The notes under the pieces were generated by a model. It had not been told where the DNA came from. It did no database searches and saw only the letters and a program-made list of their open reading frames with translations. A stretch of 64,000 nucleotides of DNA from the NCBI GenBank assembly GCA_047495785.1, contig JBLDXI010000001.1:3968001-4032000 (forward strand). Direction: 5' to 3'. Below, in pieces: positions 39,025-52,832 of this stretch. A program made the position numbers and the translations under genes. The stretch comes from Lepidodermella squamata (taxonomy: Eukaryota > Animalia > Gastrotricha). Each line of letters begins with the position of its first letter. The first letter of the stretch is position 1.

Positions 39025-40172
39025 ATGGCTGATGAAGAGGGTAAAATGTTTGTGGGTGGGCTCAGCAGATTTTCCACGCAACGTAAGCCCAAGCGTTTTT
39101 ATTTACCCGAGAACAGCAGTGTATACAGTCGTTATTTCCCAAACCGCAGAGACACTTTTCAATTATTTCAGCCGCTACGGTGAGGTGTCGGAGTGCCGCA
39201 TCGTCACCGACCCTGTGACGGGGCAGTCGCGCGGTTTCGGCTTTGTCCGCTTCACAGATCCTCAGTCGGTCGATGTTGTGCTGTCTTTCGATCTTCACAT
39301 GCTCGACGGCAAGCAGATCGACCCGAAACGCTGCAAACCGCGTCAGGTCACCTCAGCCGCGGCGGCTGCTGCTGCTGCGGCAGCTGCTAACTCGATGGTT
39401 TCAGGGCAGCAGCGCCTTCTCATGAAAAACATCAACAATCAGCCGCAACTGGGTGGTGGCTTACGCCTGCCCGGTAACGTGAAAACGCTCAATGACTTCA
39501 TGGGCGCCGCTCTCCCTGATGAATCTGGAACTATTTTCATTCGTGGCCTCAGTCCTATCACAAGTGAACGTATGCTTTTTTATCTTCTGTTTGATGATTT
39601 GATTCTATTGTTTTCGTGTTTTGTTAGAAACTATGTTCTCTTACTTCAACGAAAGCTTCGGCCCTCTTGCCGAGTGCATGATTATGCGCCATTCCGCGAC
39701 GCGAATCTCTCGCGGCTTTGGCTTAATCAAGTTCTGTGATCCCACAAGTGCTGAGCATGCTCTGTCCTGCTCACCTCATATTTTGGACGGCAAGCAGATA
39801 GATCTGATACCGGTGACTCAGACTGGGAAGTTGCTGCAGCAACAGCAACAACAGCAGGTTACGAATGGCCTGTCTCAAAGCATTTTGTCTGCAAGTCAGT
39901 TGGGCGCAACCAATGGCATTACGAATAGCCAGGCTCAACTGCTAGCTCATCAGTTGCAGTCTTCGCAACAGCAGCAGCAACAGCAACAACAGCTGCAACA
40001 GTCGCAACATCAGCATCTCATGCAATCTAACAATCTGAATAACAGTAGCGTGAATGGCCAGCTGTACGATGAATTTGATTATGACAGCAGCTATTACAAG
40101 CCAAGATCTAAAAGTTTACTGGTCTCCGGTGAACCTGATGCTAATCCGAGCAATAATTGTGGTGTGCAATGA
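39025..40172 (+). CDS. Two-RRM RNA-binding protein, DAZAP1/Hrp48/Musashi-like, with polyA and polyQ tracts, 3 exons
   Basis: [41 protein letters not shown]; second [27 protein letters not shown]. Confidence 0.85.
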
Positions 40173-40835
40173 AGAAAAGATGTGATAAAACCGTTGAACG
40201 AGTGGAAGGCGAAGTTGTGATGCGCGTTGTGATCAACTAATTAGTATGCAACCAGGACAATTACAATCATTTACGACATATCACGTACTTATTTTTTGTC
40301 GACTTACTTAATTGATAAATAAATGGATACATCATAAGACACCATTTAGCTGCGTGGAATGTTGTTGTTGATGTTAACTTGATGACGGGTCTCCAGTCGG
40401 AGAGTGACTATAAATTACTGCGGCTGCTAAATGCTATTTTACTTAATAATATAGTCAATAAACTTACTAATGCAATTACTATTTGTGAATTTTTATTCAA
40501 TTTGAGTTTTTATTCAAATCCTTTTATTTCGCGGGCGTTGGCGGTAAGTTTTCTCCACAACGAAGGCGATCGAATCCTGAAGGCGATGTGGAGCTGAACC
40601 TGGACCATCAATTTTAATGGCTTAGCCACCTGCTATGGCCTCTCATTTCCATATATTTTTAGCCAGTATCGAAACTTTATGCGTCTGCAGGTTTGCCCTA
40701 GTGAAAGGTGAAATGGGCATGCATGATGGTGACAGCTTCTGAAAACGTTGATGTTGCTAGCCATATTTATCATCCAAGTTGTCTCATCTCATAATAGATT
40801 GACCGCTGTTATACGTCACAAATTGATTCGTTCTT

Positions 40836-43393
40836 ATGGCAGCAGCAGGAGCATTTCTGCGCTTCCAGGTCATTCATCTAGACCTGGACAGTCAAGATGT
40901 GGTCATTGCTGTTGCAGTGAAAGAAGGCGAGGGAGGCGCCCTAGGTAAGCTGAAAGGAACTGTCAATAGTCAGGAGTTCATGTTAGTTTACTTATCACGC
41001 TACAGTTCAGCACAAACCGACGTTTTTTCGAAAATTTGGTGAATGGTTTGATTGTCACATCAGGTACGACTACTTGTCAAAAGGACATCTCTAGGTTTGA
41101 CACCGTTTGATCCTTAGACCAGGGCGTGTGGTGGAACTCATGCTACAAGACATTGAATCGGAAGACGGCAAAGAGCCAAAGATCCGAGCACATTGCACTT
41201 TGCTGTTATCTGCCATTTCAAAGAACTGTGACGTTGATGGATCGGTCGCAACTGTTCCGGTATGAGTTTCGTCTTTGAATTAAGCGAGTTGACCATGAGT
41301 TATATGTTCTCAGATTGTGTTGACACCTGTGGGCAAGCTCACTTTGCAAGTCAAGTATTTCCAAGGAAAGCAAGTTGCTTCTGGAACTGTTAGACAGACC
41401 AGCAGTCCTGAACAACCTCGTATGATTCACCCTATTGGCCACAACTTTCTCTTTTCTTACTGTGCTATCGTTTCACAGCTCTCCCTCAGCCCAAGCGCGG
41501 TAAAATTGTTCGCAGAAATGCTCAGAAACTGCCAAAAGTCCACCTGGTCAGCGGACATCACTTTGTCGCCAAATTCTTCAACCAGCCAGCATTTTGCTCT
41601 TTTTGCAATGAATTCTTGTGGGGTTTTAACAAGCAAGGATATAACTGCGAACGTTAGTTTCAATTCTATTCCCACCAGCTGTAGGATCAATAGTTTTATT
41701 CTAGTGTGCAATGTAACTGTTCATAAGCGCTGCCATGATAAAGTGCTTGATGCATGCACGAAAAATACTGCCCAACAATCAGATCTTGTTGTAAGTTTTC
41801 TCACGGTCGAATATTCACCGCATGTAACTTTGATTTTCAGAATAAGAGCGTTGAGCGGCTTGGTTTTGCTGTGCCGCACATGTTCAAGTCGAAAAACTTC
41901 CTACGGCCAACATTTTGTCGCCATTGCGGTCAGTTGCTGTGGGGTCTATTCAACCAAGGCAAAGAGTGTAAGAAATGCGGAGCCGCTGTTCACCACAAGT
42001 GCGCAGATATCGCCGCGAAAACTTGCGGCGTCGATATGCGTCAGATGGTTGCAATTCTTAATGAAATTCGTGTTCAGCGCCAAGGCTCGACGTCAAGCAC
42101 GCGACCTCTTTCCATGTCTGAGAACTGGGATGGGCAATCACTTGCTGTAATTTTTGATTATCTGAGGAATCGTGGCTTTTATTGAGTTTTTTCTAGAATG
42201 ATGACGAGGATTTAGTGAAACCAATCTACGAGGATCCGTCGCAGTTTTTGGAACTATCCAACTCCGGTAATTCTGGCTCTCGTGCAAGTCAAATGGTTGC
42301 CTCGAAGAAGCTATCACTCGCCGATTTCGACATTGTGAAACTGCTTGGAAAGGGTAGTTTTGGCAAGGTATTCTTAGCGCGGCGTAAAAACGACACTCGC
42401 GAGTATTACGCCATCAAAGCCATGCGGATTGACTTCATTCTATCGTCAAATGACACGGAAACTACCCGAGTCGAGCGAACTGTTTTGACTAGCAACACAA
42501 ACGCGAACGCGCCTTTTCTTCTCCACATGCTTTGCACATTTAAAAGTGACTCGCATTTATGTAAGATTACATATTTTTATTTGATGACTCAAATTGCTCT
42601 GGTCTTTCTAGTCTATGTGTTGGATTTTCTGCCCGGCGGTGATCTGATGTTTCATCTCCAGCAATCGGAGCGATTCGATTTGAATCGAACTCGATTTTAC
42701 GCGTCTGAAATTGTTTGCGCTCTGCAATTTCTGCACCGGGAAAGCATCATTTACCGCGATTTAAAACTCGATAACGTGCTTTTGGACCGAGAAGGCCACG
42801 TTTGCCTCGCTGATTTCGGCATGTGCAAAGACAAAGTGAACGACAAGAATCGAGCGTCGACGTTTTGCGGAACTTTGGACTACATTGCGCCGGAGATAAT
42901 CGAGTCGAAAGAATACACGTTCTCAGTAGATTGGTGGTCATTTGGCGTGTTGGTTTTCGAAATGATAACCGGTCAGACGCCGTTTTATGGCGACACCGAG
43001 GCTGAGCTGTTTGAGGAAATTAAAAACCCAACCCTGCCAGATATGGGTCTTGTTCCAGACCCGGCTTGTGCCCAAATGCTTCAGGCGTTATTTCAGCGCG
43101 ATCCCATGCGTAGATTAGGGTCTCCTACGAGTGGTGAGGGTGAAATTAGACGACAGCGGTTCTTCGAACCAATTGAATGGCCGCGGTTAGAACGCCGTCA
43201 AATCGCGCCGCCGTTTGTGCCTAGTTTACACGGTCCGGATGATGTCCGGTACTTCGAGCGGGATTTCACCCGAGCGACTGTTCGAATTTCTGCCGGCGGT
43301 GATTCGCGGCTTATGAACACCATACCGAGAGACATGTTCGCGAAATTCAGTGTCATGTGTCAGAATTACAAGCCGGCTGTTCCGCTTACGTGA
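40836..43393 (+). CDS. PRKCD: Novel protein kinase C, delta/theta type (C2-like, pseudosubstrate, C1A, C1B, AGC kinase), multi-exon
   Basis: RRNA pseudosubstrate; HHFVAKFFNQPAFCSFCNEFLWGFNKQGY; PHMFK..PTFCRHCGQLLWGL; LGKGSFGKV, YRDLKLDN, DFGMCK, ASTFCGT.DYIAPE, YTFSVDWWSFG. Confidence 0.9.
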
Positions 43394-44198
43394 ATTTTTA
43401 GGCGGTATATCCTTTTGTTAGGTCTGAAATCGTTGTAAAATATATTGCGAGATTTCATGGTGGTTGATGATTTTTTTAAAGCTCGATTTTAACTTTCAAC
43501 TCCGTAATTTTTCCTATAAATTGCAATTATCACATACTGCTAATTGAACCGATTTCTGGTTGTCTTTATTACTACATATACTCTTGGTTGTGGGTTGTTG
43601 TGAGGTGAAAAAATACTGTTGAAAATGCTTCCGAATAGTGAATACTGCAATAATTTACGGTGCAAATTTTTCCACTGCTATTTTCCTATTTTTTCTTCGT
43701 CTTCCACGGCGTAGTTTTCCTTGAAAGAAAAACATGGTTATTTTTATCGCTATTTTTTGTTGCTAGAATCACTTTAGCTAATTGAATGTGAGATGATTAA
43801 ATACTACTTATGTAATATTCATTATACGTGAATTTTATCGCCTGTTGAGAATGTGCCCAGCTGATTTCAGCCTTCCTCACTGTTTACTTTCACATTAAAA
43901 AAAAAACTCGTTACTAGTAGAATGCAGCAACGAAAAACGCACCGTCTATGTTCTCTACAAATATTATTTTATTTATTATTATTATTGTTGAAAAATCACA
44001 AGTGTATTTTGATAGAAGAAAAATCTTTCAAAATACAAGTTTAATATTTATCAAATTATTAAGCGACTGCTTGCGGTGTGGTCGAAATTCGGCAAAAAAT
44101 GCAAACTATTTTTTCGATAAAAACACGTTTTTTACTTATTTTTAGTATCATGTTAAAAATAATGGTTTAACAAGAAGTAGAAGGCAGGCGGGTTCAAA

Positions 44199-47100
44199 CT
44201 GGCGTGGATAGCTTCGTCGTCCGAGTCGTCGGTGCACAGCGCATCGGCGACGTCGAACCCGTTTTGGCCGGCGGTTTTCGAAGCGCCGCCGCTGCAGCCG
44301 GGCGCCTCGCCGCGCCACACGCTCGCGCACCTCCGCCACCAGGCATCGACGTCGAGTGGCGAATTTCTAGACGGCGGACCGTCGCCTGGCGGGCCCTCGC
44401 CGTCGAATTCAGCGTCTTGGCCGCAGCAAATCGACGCGGTTGAGTTGCAACAGCTTGATATTATCGGCTCAGGCGGGTGCGGGCTGGTTTTTCGCGGCCG
44501 ATGGGGCAGTAAATTGGTGGCGATTAAGCAGATAAACCAGGGCAGTTTGCAGGCGGGTGGCGCTGGGCCGGATGGCGTGTCGTATGCGATGTCGACTGAA
44601 GCGTGGCTGCAGAGGTTTTTCAACGAAGCTCAAACGATATGGATGGCTCGTGATCACCCTCATGTTGTTCAGGTTTGTATTTTCGATTTTTTGGAAATAA
44701 TGTACATCAATTAAGGCGAATTATGAAATTTTGAATTATATTTTTGAATTACAGGTATGATTAATTTCACCTTGTCAATTCGGATCATTTGGAAAATAGC
44801 CACTTTAAAATCAAATTTAAACAAAATTTCTGCAGCTGTTGCATAAACAGCTCTTTAAAAAGCCGAATTTATATTCGGATTTAACGATTAAAAATGCGCT
44901 GAAGTTGATAGAAAATTACTTTGAGAGAAATCCTCTTTTCTTGTGGCAATTTTCATGTGTTGCGTTTTTATTTTATTTCGATCTCATTTATGAAAATAGA
45001 AACTGCTTATCTGTTTCTAAGTCTGTCTTTTTTACCGCTTGGCCGCAGTCATTTTGATTTGCAATCAGCCAATAGTCTACTGAGAAAATTTGATTATCCT
45101 CGATTATCCCAGTTCTAGTTTTGCGTTATAGCATTACGGCCGACGCAGTTTTTCATCGACTCAGAAAGTAATTTCCTGAGTTGATTTATCAAATTCGATT
45201 CCTCTCCTACCGACCTGAAAAATAGCCCTATTCTTATTTTGCTGTTATATTTTAATGCGCGCTCGCGAATTCATGCAGTCGATATATATAAACCAATATA
45301 AAGTCATCAACTGCAATCAGAGACTAAGAATTCCAGCCGACTCGCTTGTCGCTTGTAGCTTACTGCATGGTTTTTTAACTCGCCTAGCATCGATCCAAAG
45401 CTCGTACTTGTGTCCGGTTTCGCTGTAGCGCGAAGACGCCTAGTAGAAAGATAAATATTGAAATGAAACTCGAGATTTCCGTTCAAATTACTTACCGTCA
45501 TCGTTGACTATTCAATCCAGATAGGAAACGTGATCTTGATGCGGGATGCGGCCTGGCACCTGGCTCAGAGCCATTTAATGCCGCGATAAAATTGCATCCA
45601 TCATTATATGACCCTGCACTTATGAATCAGAGGCAAAGATGAACGTGTTTGAATATGTAGGTCCTAAAGTAGCTTTGGAAATCCCTCAATTTAGTTAAGG
45701 AAAAACTATAAACTTGATGAGTAATCGTGAGTAATTTAACAGATTTCATGCGTAGCATTTTGGAATTTTATCATGATTTTATCGGTCTCCCAGGTATTCT
45801 TACAAAGCCACTCCTTAGGTGATTAATTCAACAAAATTTCGCCAATTTAACACCCAAACTTGCCGTGTGAGATTCCGGGAAGTAAGATTTGCCCTGAGAG
45901 CATGCTGAAATGTAAGAGCTCAGCAGAGGAAGATAACGCGGCCGAATTTCCATCGATAATCCAAGCAGCGAGTTGCTGTTGCCTCTCAGCAACTGCCATC
46001 GAACCAAGCTTCTCCAGGTAGCGAACGTGCTTGCAGACCACACCATTGCCACTACGTTCGCAATGATAAGGTTTATAAGACAAATCGGCGTAAAATGCAA
46101 AGAAGCACTCATGGTAGATGCTGAAAACTTGAATTAAATGCCTTATACCAGATGTGGTTAAGGTCGGTGAATGAAGGAACATTGACGATTCCCCAGTCGT
46201 GCCATTTCACGTACTCTATCGAGAAATTCTTCAGGCGCAGATATTTATCGCATCGGTGACTCGAAGCTGGTCGGCTTTTCGGCTCTCGTACATCAGCCAG
46301 ACCAACCGCTTCGATTCTTGCTTGATTGCTATTTAGGACCTGGCTCAGTATAGGTTATTGAAAAAACTTCTATATTCAGTGATCTGCAATGCGGTTTTGT
46401 GTCACACAGACACTGATATTTATTGTTAATATGCTGGGAACTGGGAAATTCGATTTTCTACATTCAAAAATTACGTGAGAAACCCTAACATTTCTTGTTA
46501 TTAGGCTCCAATTTTTATTATAATCTAGTTTAATCTAATTTTGTCCATTTTTGTTTTTAGTTGCTTGGAGTATGCCTTCAACGCTACTGGCTCGTTTTCG
46601 AATTTTGCGCCGGTGGCGGTCTCGATTTCGTCATCGCAAGGTGTCGCCTCGCCCCGGCTGTCATCGTCGAGTGGGCGACCCAAATCGCCTCGGGCATGGA
46701 ATGGCTGCACAGCGTCGGCATCATACATCGAGATTTAAAATGTATAAAATTAAAATTCAAAATTCATTTCTTAACAAATCCTAATTTTAATTTTTTAACA
46801 GCGTGCAATATTTTGTTGAAATACCCGCTTCCTCAGCTGCAAATGGCCGATGCAATATCAGAGACTGATCAGTGGCCGAACAGCGATGTTGGCGAGGAGT
46901 ATGGCGGCAATTTTTCGCCGAGTAACCCCGACACTTACCCGCCGGTTATTCTGAAAATCGCCGATTTCGGCCTCGCCAGGCAGTTGTCGCTCGACAAGTC
47001 ACGCGTGACGGCTAAATATGCCGAGGGAACGGTGCGCTACTTGGCGCCTGAGGTTATCACGAGTCGGACGTATTCGAAAGCGTCCGATGTTTGGGCGTAT

Positions 47101-50100
47101 GGCGTTGTCTTCTGGGAGTTGCTCACCGGAGAACAGCCGTATCGCGACGTTGAAGAGTGCGCGGTTATGTTCCGGGTCGGCAGGCAGCGGAGATCACTTC
47201 TACCTGTACCGCCATCATGCCCACCGGCATTCGCGTCATTACTGGTGAGTAAAAAATCGGAAGCATGAAATTGGATATCCAAAATGCATCATGATAAAAT
47301 CCAAATTTTTTGAAAATTATGATTACTATTTTGTTTTTTTTTCGGTAAAATTCGGGAATTGAAAATATATTAAAAAAACATAATTATTTTGAATTAAACA
47401 TTTTTCGATTTTTAGAATGATTGCTGGTCGAGTGATCCGTTTAATCGGCCGTCGTTTGCAGCTATCATCGATCGTCTTTCATTATCGGATTTACGCGTTG
47501 CTGAGTTCACGCGAACTGGCACTGAGTTTTCGTCACTGCAGGACAGTTGGCGGCAAATTATCGAGAGTAAGTTGCTCTGTTTCTCTTGAAAATTCAAAAG
47601 CTACGATATGTCCCTTAAGAAATGCTCCGAAAAGGGGTCCAAAAGTCTATAATGAGCGGCTAGGAAAATTCTAAATGCTTCCAAAAGCCATGAAAATGTT
47701 TATTATGTATGACTTTTATCAACGGAAAAAAACCCATTGGAATCTGATCAGCCGGGCAAAATACCAAACCAGTTACCATCGGGTTTTTCCTGGTTTTCTT
47801 CCGTTAATTAGTGAAATTTTAGGTTACAGTTTAGAGCAAGGAATAAATGAATTTTCTGCAGAAAATTGAACAAATAAAAATTAGAAAATGGGACATGTTT
47901 CCCTAATTATTTTGGTACTGATATAAATTGATATAAAAAATTCCAAAAGTTTTCAATGTCAGCACTGCATGATATTCTAGGTTGACTTGGGCTAATTAAA
48001 TCGCAATGTGGCTTCATAACACCGTCGTTATAAGTTTTTGCTCATTAGCCTGATCGGTCACAAGACCTTAATGATAAAAAAATCGGATTTTGACAGCTGT
48101 TTTTTAATTTTCTCATTAAAATTCGAGCATTTTGATGATGAATTTCTCTATTTTTTAAATGAACAGCATTTCATTTTTTCAAAGAAATTCAACATCTCCT
48201 TCAATTTTATTTGAAGCATTTTTGTGGTAATTTTAATTGCGTTCTAAAATTATTTGCTGTTTTCCAGATTCATTCAACGAGTTGAGAGTTCGGCAAGAAG
48301 AACTCGAGCTAGCTGATCTAGCCCTGCGAGAGCGAGCCGCCCAGCAGCAAATCATCGACAACCGACTACGGCAATGGGAGCGGCAACTAGCCCAACGAGA
48401 GTTGCGAGTCGTCGAGCGCGAACTCCGCACCCTGTTCATAGATGACGACAGGTGGCGCCACAGTTCAGCAGCTATGCATGGCACCCCGGATCGAAGACGG
48501 CGCCGGTCGTCCTCAGACACCCATTTCTCCCTCTCCTCATTCCTATCACCTCGCTCGAACCGGCTTCGACCGCCTCACCGCGTTTCTCTATCGCATTTGC
48601 GGCGGGATCGCAATTTGATAAGTCGCCCGTTGGTTTCGACTATGCACGTGTCGCATGTGGTGGCTCCGGGTGCTCCGGCGGGTGTCGCGGCCGGCGGCCG
48701 GGTGCTGCCGGCTATCATCACGACGGGCGTTGTCGAGCCGGGAAGTGAGGCATCGGTGATTCACCACCACCCGCATCGCCTGCACATGGCTGGGCCGAAC
48801 AACGAGCTGAACATACCGCATGCTCCGCCGCCGTCTCGGTCGTGGATTTCGTCTATGCCTGACATTCTTGCATCGCCGTCGTCACCTTCGAGAAAGGTTC
48901 GAATTGCCTCGAAATTCTGATTTTGTAATAGATCTTGAAAAAATTGGCTAACATTTTGATTTTGAGCTGGTCAAATGAACACTGCCGTCATTCAAATGCC
49001 GGTACTTATTGCGTATTCTGTAAAAACCTCGCTTATTTCCATTTTTCTTCAATTTTCTCCTTTTGGAAATATTTTGAAAAAAAATATTTCTTAATTTTAA
49101 TTTTTTCTCTATTTATATTTTAGGGTGCGAGGCCGTCGAGGGTGCGTCAAGCGTTGACCGGGGCGTCTCGCCTGCTGGCAGCCGTTTTATTAGGCCACGA
49201 CCCGGCTGGACCGAGGCCGCCGTCTATTCCACTAATTTCAACTGCTGTCGACAACGTTTCGCAAGGCTCATCGGCTGTTTTCGGACCAAGTCTGGCCGCC
49301 GATCGACTCATAGGTAAATTTGATGATAAAAAATTAGGTAGAATCGAATAACTGGAACGATGAAATGAGTTTCGTGAAAGAAAGATGTGGGCTATTCTGT
49401 CTGAAAATAATTCAAGCTGAAAAATTTAGATATTAAAGGAGTGGGAGATCTTTCACTTCATTTAAAATTTCAGATTTTTCTTTAAATTTATCATTTTAAT
49501 TTCGTTAATATTTTTAATTTTGATAAAAATTCATAATTTAAATGCGGTTTTTTCCATTTTTTCCAAGATTATGAAACTGGTTCACATATGGCCGAACCAA
49601 GCCCGGCTCCTCGTCATCGCTTCTCAGCCGATGACGTCCTTTCCGCACCCCTGCCTACTTCAAGCCGATTCCAGCAACCAATTATTCAACAAAACCAGCA
49701 ATTACAACAACTACAGCAACAAGCATCAAACCGGTTATTCTACATTGACGAATCGTTTTCAAAAAGCGTCGCCGCAACTCCGACCCCGGATACTGTTCAG
49801 ACCCCGATAGGCGGATCACTGCTTTCGAACCATAACCAACCTCATTTATCGCCTCCACCTCAATCAAGCGCCGTTCATCTGAGCCTGCCAGCGCCGTCTA
49901 ATAACAATAATAACAACAGTAACAACTTCATTTCTTTCGAAGACCAGCAAAATTCGGTGATGACTGCTCGAATCGGCTCAAGACCAGCATATCTGCCCTT
50001 CGCCCCGGCCAGAAATTCTATTTCAGCGGCGAATCCTGCTGGGCAAAATAAGATTTTGAACCAAGTACCGGCGCAGAGTACTGATTCGGGCATGGCGCTG

Positions 50101-52832
50101 TCGAGTTTGTCACTGGGGTCGGTCTCGGGCGCGTCCGGCTCGCAGACCAGCGCCACGACACCGTTGGATGCGCAAGCTGGTAGTAGCAGTTCGCATTTTA
50201 CTGCACATGACCCTGTTTCGACAGCCGCTGTCAACGAAGCTTTTTTCAACCTGACAATTACAGGTTTGTATTTTCATCGAATTAACAGGGTTGATTTAGA
50301 GAATACTCGAACGAAGAATTTCGTACATTCATACTTATTAGTCCAATAATTCTCGAGAAGTCCAGGTTGATAGAAAAGGTCGGTAAACATTAATTATACT
50401 CAAAAACTTCTGGTTGTATAGTTGGGCCATAATGGTACCGGGCGCCTCTAATCCACGGCTTAGATGGTTCAACTATTCTCGAGATGGATGAAAGAGGTGC
50501 ATCGTGTTTAAAGACTCGATCATTCTCAGACCAACTAATATCGCGGAGCTTTTTTAGGTGGGACATGATGTAGTTCAACGAGGCATGGTTTTTTCCGTAC
50601 TATTCTCATTATGTTCAAGTACACCTCCTGAGGTTGCTGCTAAGGAAACGGTGTATTCGGTGGAAGGCGTCTGATTAGTCTTATAGTGATCAAGCGCTGA
50701 CTAGAACAATGGGCATTGATTGTAGCGGCAGAGGCCGCGTTTTCGGCAAACCGTACAGCTATGTAGTCTCATTCGAACGACGTAGTCATTGAAATAGTTG
50801 CAGCACCGCTGTGTGTCGGTGTGTCTTGGTCGGAAAATTGACTCGCACCCACTCTACAAATCGTTTGATGGGATAAGTTGACTGGCGCTTCGTTTGTGAT
50901 CCAGCGTAAACATTTTCAATGAATGCGACTTGGCTTTGAATAGCGGCCTGAAGCTCATCTTCCCCATCGAACTCCAACACCAGGTCGAATTCGCGCTCCA
51001 TTTGTTCGAGTTCGGCACAGGCAGCCAAATAACCGTTAATTTTCTCGATTGAATGTCCCTACCAATCGGACAAATCGAAATACCACCTGTAGCGCCGCGC
51101 GTCCGCATTAACGCAGCCGGCGTTGATCCATCAGCATTATTAATCGGGCAATGAAGGCGACTAGTTTATGCTAAGCGTTTTACATGCCAATGCTTTGCAT
51201 AATCAGATTTGTTATACTCAGCCTGGGCTAATAGTATCTGCCTGATTGTAGCCATTTTAGCGAGGTGAATGAGTCGATTTACTTCGAAAATGTGAATTTT
51301 TTCCCCAATATTGCAGACCAGTATCGCGAAAATTTCGATAGCAGAGATGTTTGCAATCAATAGCGTGCTTAATTTCAGCCGTTTATTTCAAGCGTTTCAG
51401 CTTACATTTCTTGGATTTCGGCACTGCTTCGGCCCCTGCTTTTTCAATAGCCGCAATAGAGTCAAGATGGAAACGATCAAGTTCGGTCACCGAGCCGCCT
51501 TCAACCAAATCGGGAATTTCTCTGAAATTTTCCTGCAAGACCCGTTGGAATTTTGGCCAAACAGCCCGTTACCAATCATACACAGCAGCATTATCGCCGT
51601 AACCAACATCAACATTCATCTAAGAAATTAACGCAGATCGCTTTCCGCGATTCCTCGTCAGCTTTGCGCGCACGAGCAGCAGCGCGATCAGCAGCTTCGC
51701 CGCGCGGCTTTAATTCCTCAAGCGCCTTCTTTATCTCAGGGTCGAAGTCCTCATGGTCAAAGGACGTCGGGCGATGCGGCCGGGCGTTGCCGCCGAACGC
51801 GGACGCAGGCCATCCTCTGCGCGTAAGGAGCATCTTCACTGTCGCGGCGTCTTTGCACATTAAGCCAAGTGCGCCACGACGACAGATCCATGGCTTCGCG
51901 ATCTTGGCCTCAGGTGAGACCGCTGTGAGCTCGCGCATGACGTCAACAAGCGAGTTGAACCGAGACGAGATGCCGTCGATAATTACGATGCGCTCTCGAG
52001 CTGAGACTTTGCCAACTTGGGTAGTGAAACCGTCGCCGGCGTCACCGCCTTCGTCAGCGCCATCCCCGCCCGAAGTCGCGCCGTCAACGACCATCGCATC
52101 TCCACCCTGCTCGACTACCAATGCCGCACAATCTCATTTGCTCAGTAGTCGCTCATTGAGGAGACCCCGCTACAGGGCCTCATCGTTAATAGGTTTCGAC
52201 GAAGCACATCCTGATCTTAGTCAGAAAGCTTGTAAAAGGTACTGGACCGGGGCACAAAAAGGGGTACATATTTACCGAAAAATTTATCTGAAAATATTAA
52301 GATATTTCTAATGAGTATCTGTTAATCCGTTGTGATATGCAGAGTTTAATTCAGCTTTTCAATGTTTACTTAGGTTCATCTGGCCGTCAGATTGGTTCAA
52401 CCGCGTCGAAATATGGCGGGCAACAAGCGGCGGCGTCGCGATATCGCCAAGCGCGTGGCAGTCTGTCAACTGATCTGGACGATCAAAGGTTATTTCCCAA
52501 CATTTTCTCGAATATTTCAATTTTTCGCCTGGTTCTATTTTACACTTATCGAATTTCTGATATTATCCAACTAAATTTTATTACTGAATAGCCAGAATTT
52601 AAGGATTCAAAAATTGAAACAAATGAAAATTGAAAGATTCAAGTTTTAACAAGAAATTCTTGTTTTTTCTGATAGGTCTGCAAGGCATAAGGCACAATCG
52701 TCACCCGGTGCTGCCAGTTTTAATGCCGTATCAAGCGTGTTGGAGACATCTACCGCCGACGAGCTAGCTAAAAGCGCCGCGTCAGATCTGACCGTGAAAC
52801 CACTGGATGGTTTCATCGAATCGACAAATTGA
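44199..52832 (+). CDS. Mixed-lineage kinase (MAP3K9/10/11, slipper-like): kinase, leucine zipper, CRIB-like motif, long disordered tail; 5' end unresolved
   Basis: IGSGGCGLVFRG, VAIK, HRDLK|SCNILL, KIADFGLAR, GT.RYLAPE, SKASDVW; zipper ELRVRQEEL..RERAA..RELRVVEREL; ISRP..MHVSHV; terminal exons 52374-52488 and 52676-52832 are in phase with the exon ending at 50263. Confidence 0.85.
45850..46260 (-). pseudogene. Degenerate SWIM-type Zn-finger coding fragment (possible Mutator-like transposon relic) in an MLK intron
   Basis: VNVPSFTDLNHIWYK followed, in another frame, by YHCERSGNGVVCKHVRYL, resembling the SWIM CxC..CKH motif; broken frames; no TIRs found. Confidence 0.3.
51300..52130 (-). mobile_element. 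Decayed, internally deleted non-LTR retrotransposon (ORF1 fragment joined to ORF2 post-endonuclease linker) in an MLK intron
   Basis: ORF1-like GDGFTTQVGK..RIVIIDGI; then YDW*RAVWPKFQ..ELDRF..AIEKAGAEAVPKSK..TAEIKHAI..K..YR.FR, typical of the region between APE and RT in I/Jockey-type LINEs; contains stops and frameshifts; GC-rich relative to its flanks. Confidence 0.65.

Noticed and set aside
51553-52311. 252-aa plus-strand ORF
   Set aside because: Antisense of the GC-rich LINE ORF1 fragment; no domain signal.
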